A DNA stretch of 9,680 bases from Octopus sinensis (Eukaryota), in NCBI RefSeq assembly GCF_006345805.1, contig NW_021827855.1:1-9680 (forward strand). Direction: 5' to 3'. Under the pieces are notes generated by a model that had not been told where the DNA came from, made no database searches, and saw only the letters and a list, made by a program, of their open reading frames with translations. Of the stretch, positions 7,286 through 9,680 are shown one piece after another (the stretch's first letter is position 1; each line of letters begins with the position of its first letter). A program made the translations under genes and the position numbers.

Positions 7286-7598
7286 CACATAGCTAGGCAA
7301 ACACACTAACATATTTATATTTAATATTTCCTGTGCTTTCTAGTATTTCATTAGTCTCATCACAAATATCCACCAATGGCTTCTTCCTAGTAGTCATTAA
7401 AGACGTATAAATAGTCAAATAGTAGTCACAATTCATACCAAGGCTGGTAGAAATTGATATGTTTTTGTTTGAAAACAAACTATACTTGGCATAGAAACCT
7501 GTTAGTGAATGAAAGAGGATCCTTGATGAACCCCATACTGGTCCTTGATGAACCACTACTTCTACCCTGAATTTAAAAAAAATAAGGAAAAAAAAATT

Positions 7599-7930
7599 AA
7601 GGGTTTGAGCTGGCAGAAACGTTAGCACGCCGGGCGAAGTGCTTAGCGGTATTTCGTCTGCCGTTACGTCTCTGAGTTCAAATTCCACAGAGGTCAACTT
7701 TGCTTTTCATCCTTTTGGGGTCGATAAATTAAGTACCAGTTACGCACTGGGGTCGATATAATCGACTTAATCTGTTTGTCTATTCTTGTTTGTCCTCTCT
7801 GTGTTTAGCCCCTTGTGGGTAGTAAAGAAATAGGTATTTCGTATGCCGCTACGTTCTGAGTTCAAATTCTGCCGAGGTCGACTTTGCCTTTCATCCTTTC
7901 TGGGTCGATTAAATAAGTACCAGTTACTCA
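7599..7930 (+). mobile_element. tRNA-derived SINE, family A, dimeric copy with 3'-truncated right monomer
   Basis: GAGCTGGCAGAAACGTTAGCACGCCGGGCG head, B box, core, linker, then a second monomer restarting at ~7835 (TATTTCGTATGCCGCTACGTTCTGAGTTCAAATT) and stopping after GTACCAGTTAC. Confidence 0.92.
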
Positions 7931-7986
7931 GAGACCAGGGCAAAGTATATTTGGGGGAAAACTGGCATCTGCCCAAGTATTTCCGA

Positions 7987-8420
7987 CATTATCACCATCA
8001 TCATTACCACCATCACCTTCATCACAAACAGGAACACCATTACTACCCCAACACCATCACCAACACCACTACTCACACTATTACCACAACACTATCACCA
8101 CCACAAACACTATCACTTCCACAAGCACTATCACCAGCACCACCAACAACAGTACCATCACTAACACCATTACCCCCACCAATGCCATCACCAACACCAG
8201 CAACACCCCACAACCACCAACACCACTACCACTACCACCACGAACACCACAACACCATTTTCAATACCACTACAAATACCATTAGCGCCACTATCACCAT
8301 CATCATCAACATTACCAACACCATTTTCACCACCAGCACTACCACCTTCAGCACCTCCAATAACAACAATACCACAAACACCACCACCACCACCATCATC
8401 ATTATCACTTCACCAACCGG
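7987..8420. repeat. degenerate (CAC/CAT/CAA)n trinucleotide tract
   Basis: Visible directly; it gives rise to the His/Thr/Pro-rich ORF 7843-8565 and the Val/Met-rich ORF 8232-8456. Confidence 0.93.
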
Positions 8421-8639
8421 TGGTGGTAGTGTTTTGGTGGCCTGCTGTAACATCACGACTCAAACTCCTCCTCAAATCGTTGTCAGCCTGTTTATCCGTG
8501 GCAAAGGCTGCCTATTGGGAGCGATACAGATCCCTATCAATGTTATCATAGACGTTATTGCCTGAGTACAAAGATAAAGAACTGGTACCACTATGCATTT
8601 TACCTGACTATTTAACAGTTCCACGAATCCAACTTCCCG

Positions 8640-8713
8640 GGACATATTTATTACTGACACCAACCAAAAAAGGCTGATAACAAAAGTTGACCGTAGCGGG
8701 CTTTGAACTCAAG
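8640..8713 (-). mobile_element. old, degraded fragment of SINE family A
   Basis: 8683-8713 AAAGTTGACCGTAGCGGGCTTTGAACTCAAG matches AAAGTCGACCTCGGCGGAATTTGAACTCAGA at 23 of 31 positions by hand count. Confidence 0.45.
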
Positions 8714-8889
8714 AGACAGAAATGTGGGAAAAACCCCATGATTGATTCTATCAAACGCTAGACCAACACTGATAATTCACTTTGATACACTTCTCTTACA
8801 AAGACAGGATGTCCAGCGCTGTAGTTAAAACTGGTGGAAGTCCCTGGGCCAATAGATTTGGTTGGGAAAGCGCACGATTTCGGATATGA

Positions 8890-8998
8890 ATGCTTCCCAA
8901 CCAAATGATTCCAGGTCCCATCCTACAGCGTGCTACTTTGAGCAAGTTCTTCTAGTATAGCCTCGGTCTGACCTCAACCTTGTGAGTGGATTTAGTAG
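8890..8998 (+). mobile_element. degraded fragment of a second tRNA-derived SINE family (family B)
   Basis: GCTTCCCAACCA..TTCCAGGTCCCATCC (decayed B-box region), then CTTTGAGCAAGTTCTTCTAGTATAGCCTCGG..CCTTGTGAGTGGATTTAGTAGA. It resembles, from memory, an abundant octopus SINE; not verified. Confidence 0.55.
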
Positions 8999-9000
8999 AA

Positions 9001-9680
9001 TTTGTTTCGTATAATCTCTGGGAGATCATTGCTCTGAACTGAATAGAATACACTTTGACAGAAGTGAAAAAAACATCCCTTGAGTTTTACATTTGGAAAT
9101 TCTTATAGGAATGCATTCTGCATAGCCTTTTCGAAGTCTATCATAACAGTTAGAGGGGCACAAGAAGGCTCTGAATTTTTTTATTTTCTGTAAAAGCTGA
9201 CTATAGGTTTCCTCACATTTGTTGGGTACTAACACAAACCTCAGCAGCACTGAAGCTTTTTCTCTTAAACCATGCAAAATATACAGCTGGTGAAACAACA
9301 ATGGAACTGTCTTGTATGTACCATCGGCAGACCATTGATTACATTGCGAAAACGAACGAAGGTTGCATTTAGTAGCAAAAATTAGTATGTCTTTATCACT
9401 TTGACCTGAATCATATATTAAGAAAATCTCACCTTTAACGGATTTTGTATATTCGTCCGGAAAAATTAATTCATTCCAAATCCTTGGTAAAGCTGGAACT
9501 TACATTATTTTCTTGCCTTATAAAATATACTGCCCTTTTAAAACATTGCGACAACGGGAGTCTAGACATAGCAGCTTCACTACAACCTTCGAAGGCGCTA
9601 GATATTATTGATTGCGGTGTATCATTGGTGGTTCTCGCCATCTGCAGTATTTTTATAACAGTTTCTGTAGCCTCAACTTC
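9001..9680 (-). pseudogene. Mutator-like (MULE) DDE transposase remnant, continuing beyond the window
   Basis: Conceptual minus-strand translation: EVEATETVIKILQMARTTNDTPQSIISSAFEGCSEAAMSRLP..(frameshift ~9500)..LPRIWNELIFPDEYTKSVKGEIFLIYDSG..ILIFAT..QWSADGTYKTVPLLFHQLYILHG..FVLVPNKCEETY..(frameshift ~9155)..VMIDFEKAMQNAFL*EFPNVKLKGCFFHFCQSV. First catalytic D at 9323-9325, second D at 9136-9138, CxxH at 9064-9075, stop at 9103-9105. Confidence 0.88.

Noticed and set aside
693-7312. Many ORFs rich in L/I/Y, IY, HT or VC repeats
   Set aside because: They are translations of TAA, TA, CA and TATG microsatellites with no domain content.
7843-8565. 240-aa His/Thr/Pro-rich ORF resembling a mucin or metal-binding protein
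   Set aside because: It begins inside a SINE and runs through a degenerate CAC/CAT repeat, which lacks stops by composition.

Overview
Eukaryotic, AT-rich DNA made almost entirely of repeats, with no intact protein-coding gene, tRNA, rRNA or CRISPR array. The SINE families and microsatellite load look like an Octopus (cephalopod) genome; this is recognition from memory, not a database match. Supported content: (i) five well-preserved copies and one degraded copy of a tRNA-derived SINE that occurs as a monomer and as a head-to-tail dimer; (ii) a 5'-truncated, frameshifted R4/Dong-type non-LTR retrotransposon (CCHC knuckle plus PD-(D/E)xK endonuclease) inserted in a (TAA)n microsatellite; (iii) a decayed 3' fragment of an RTE-type LINE with three C2H2 fingers; (iv) a decayed Mutator (MULE) transposase on the minus strand, running off the right edge; (v) a second SINE family fragment; (vi) many microsatellites. 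The most unusual signal is a set of short (200-430 bp) non-coding elements next to (TA)n tracts that carry degenerate minimal type I hammerhead-ribozyme motifs. One of them (6431-6856) is a 350-nt unit with a ~77-nt terminal direct repeat, the layout expected of a retrozyme-like or Penelope-derived element copied from a circular or tandem RNA. Nearly all ORFs in the supplied track are translations of microsatellites.
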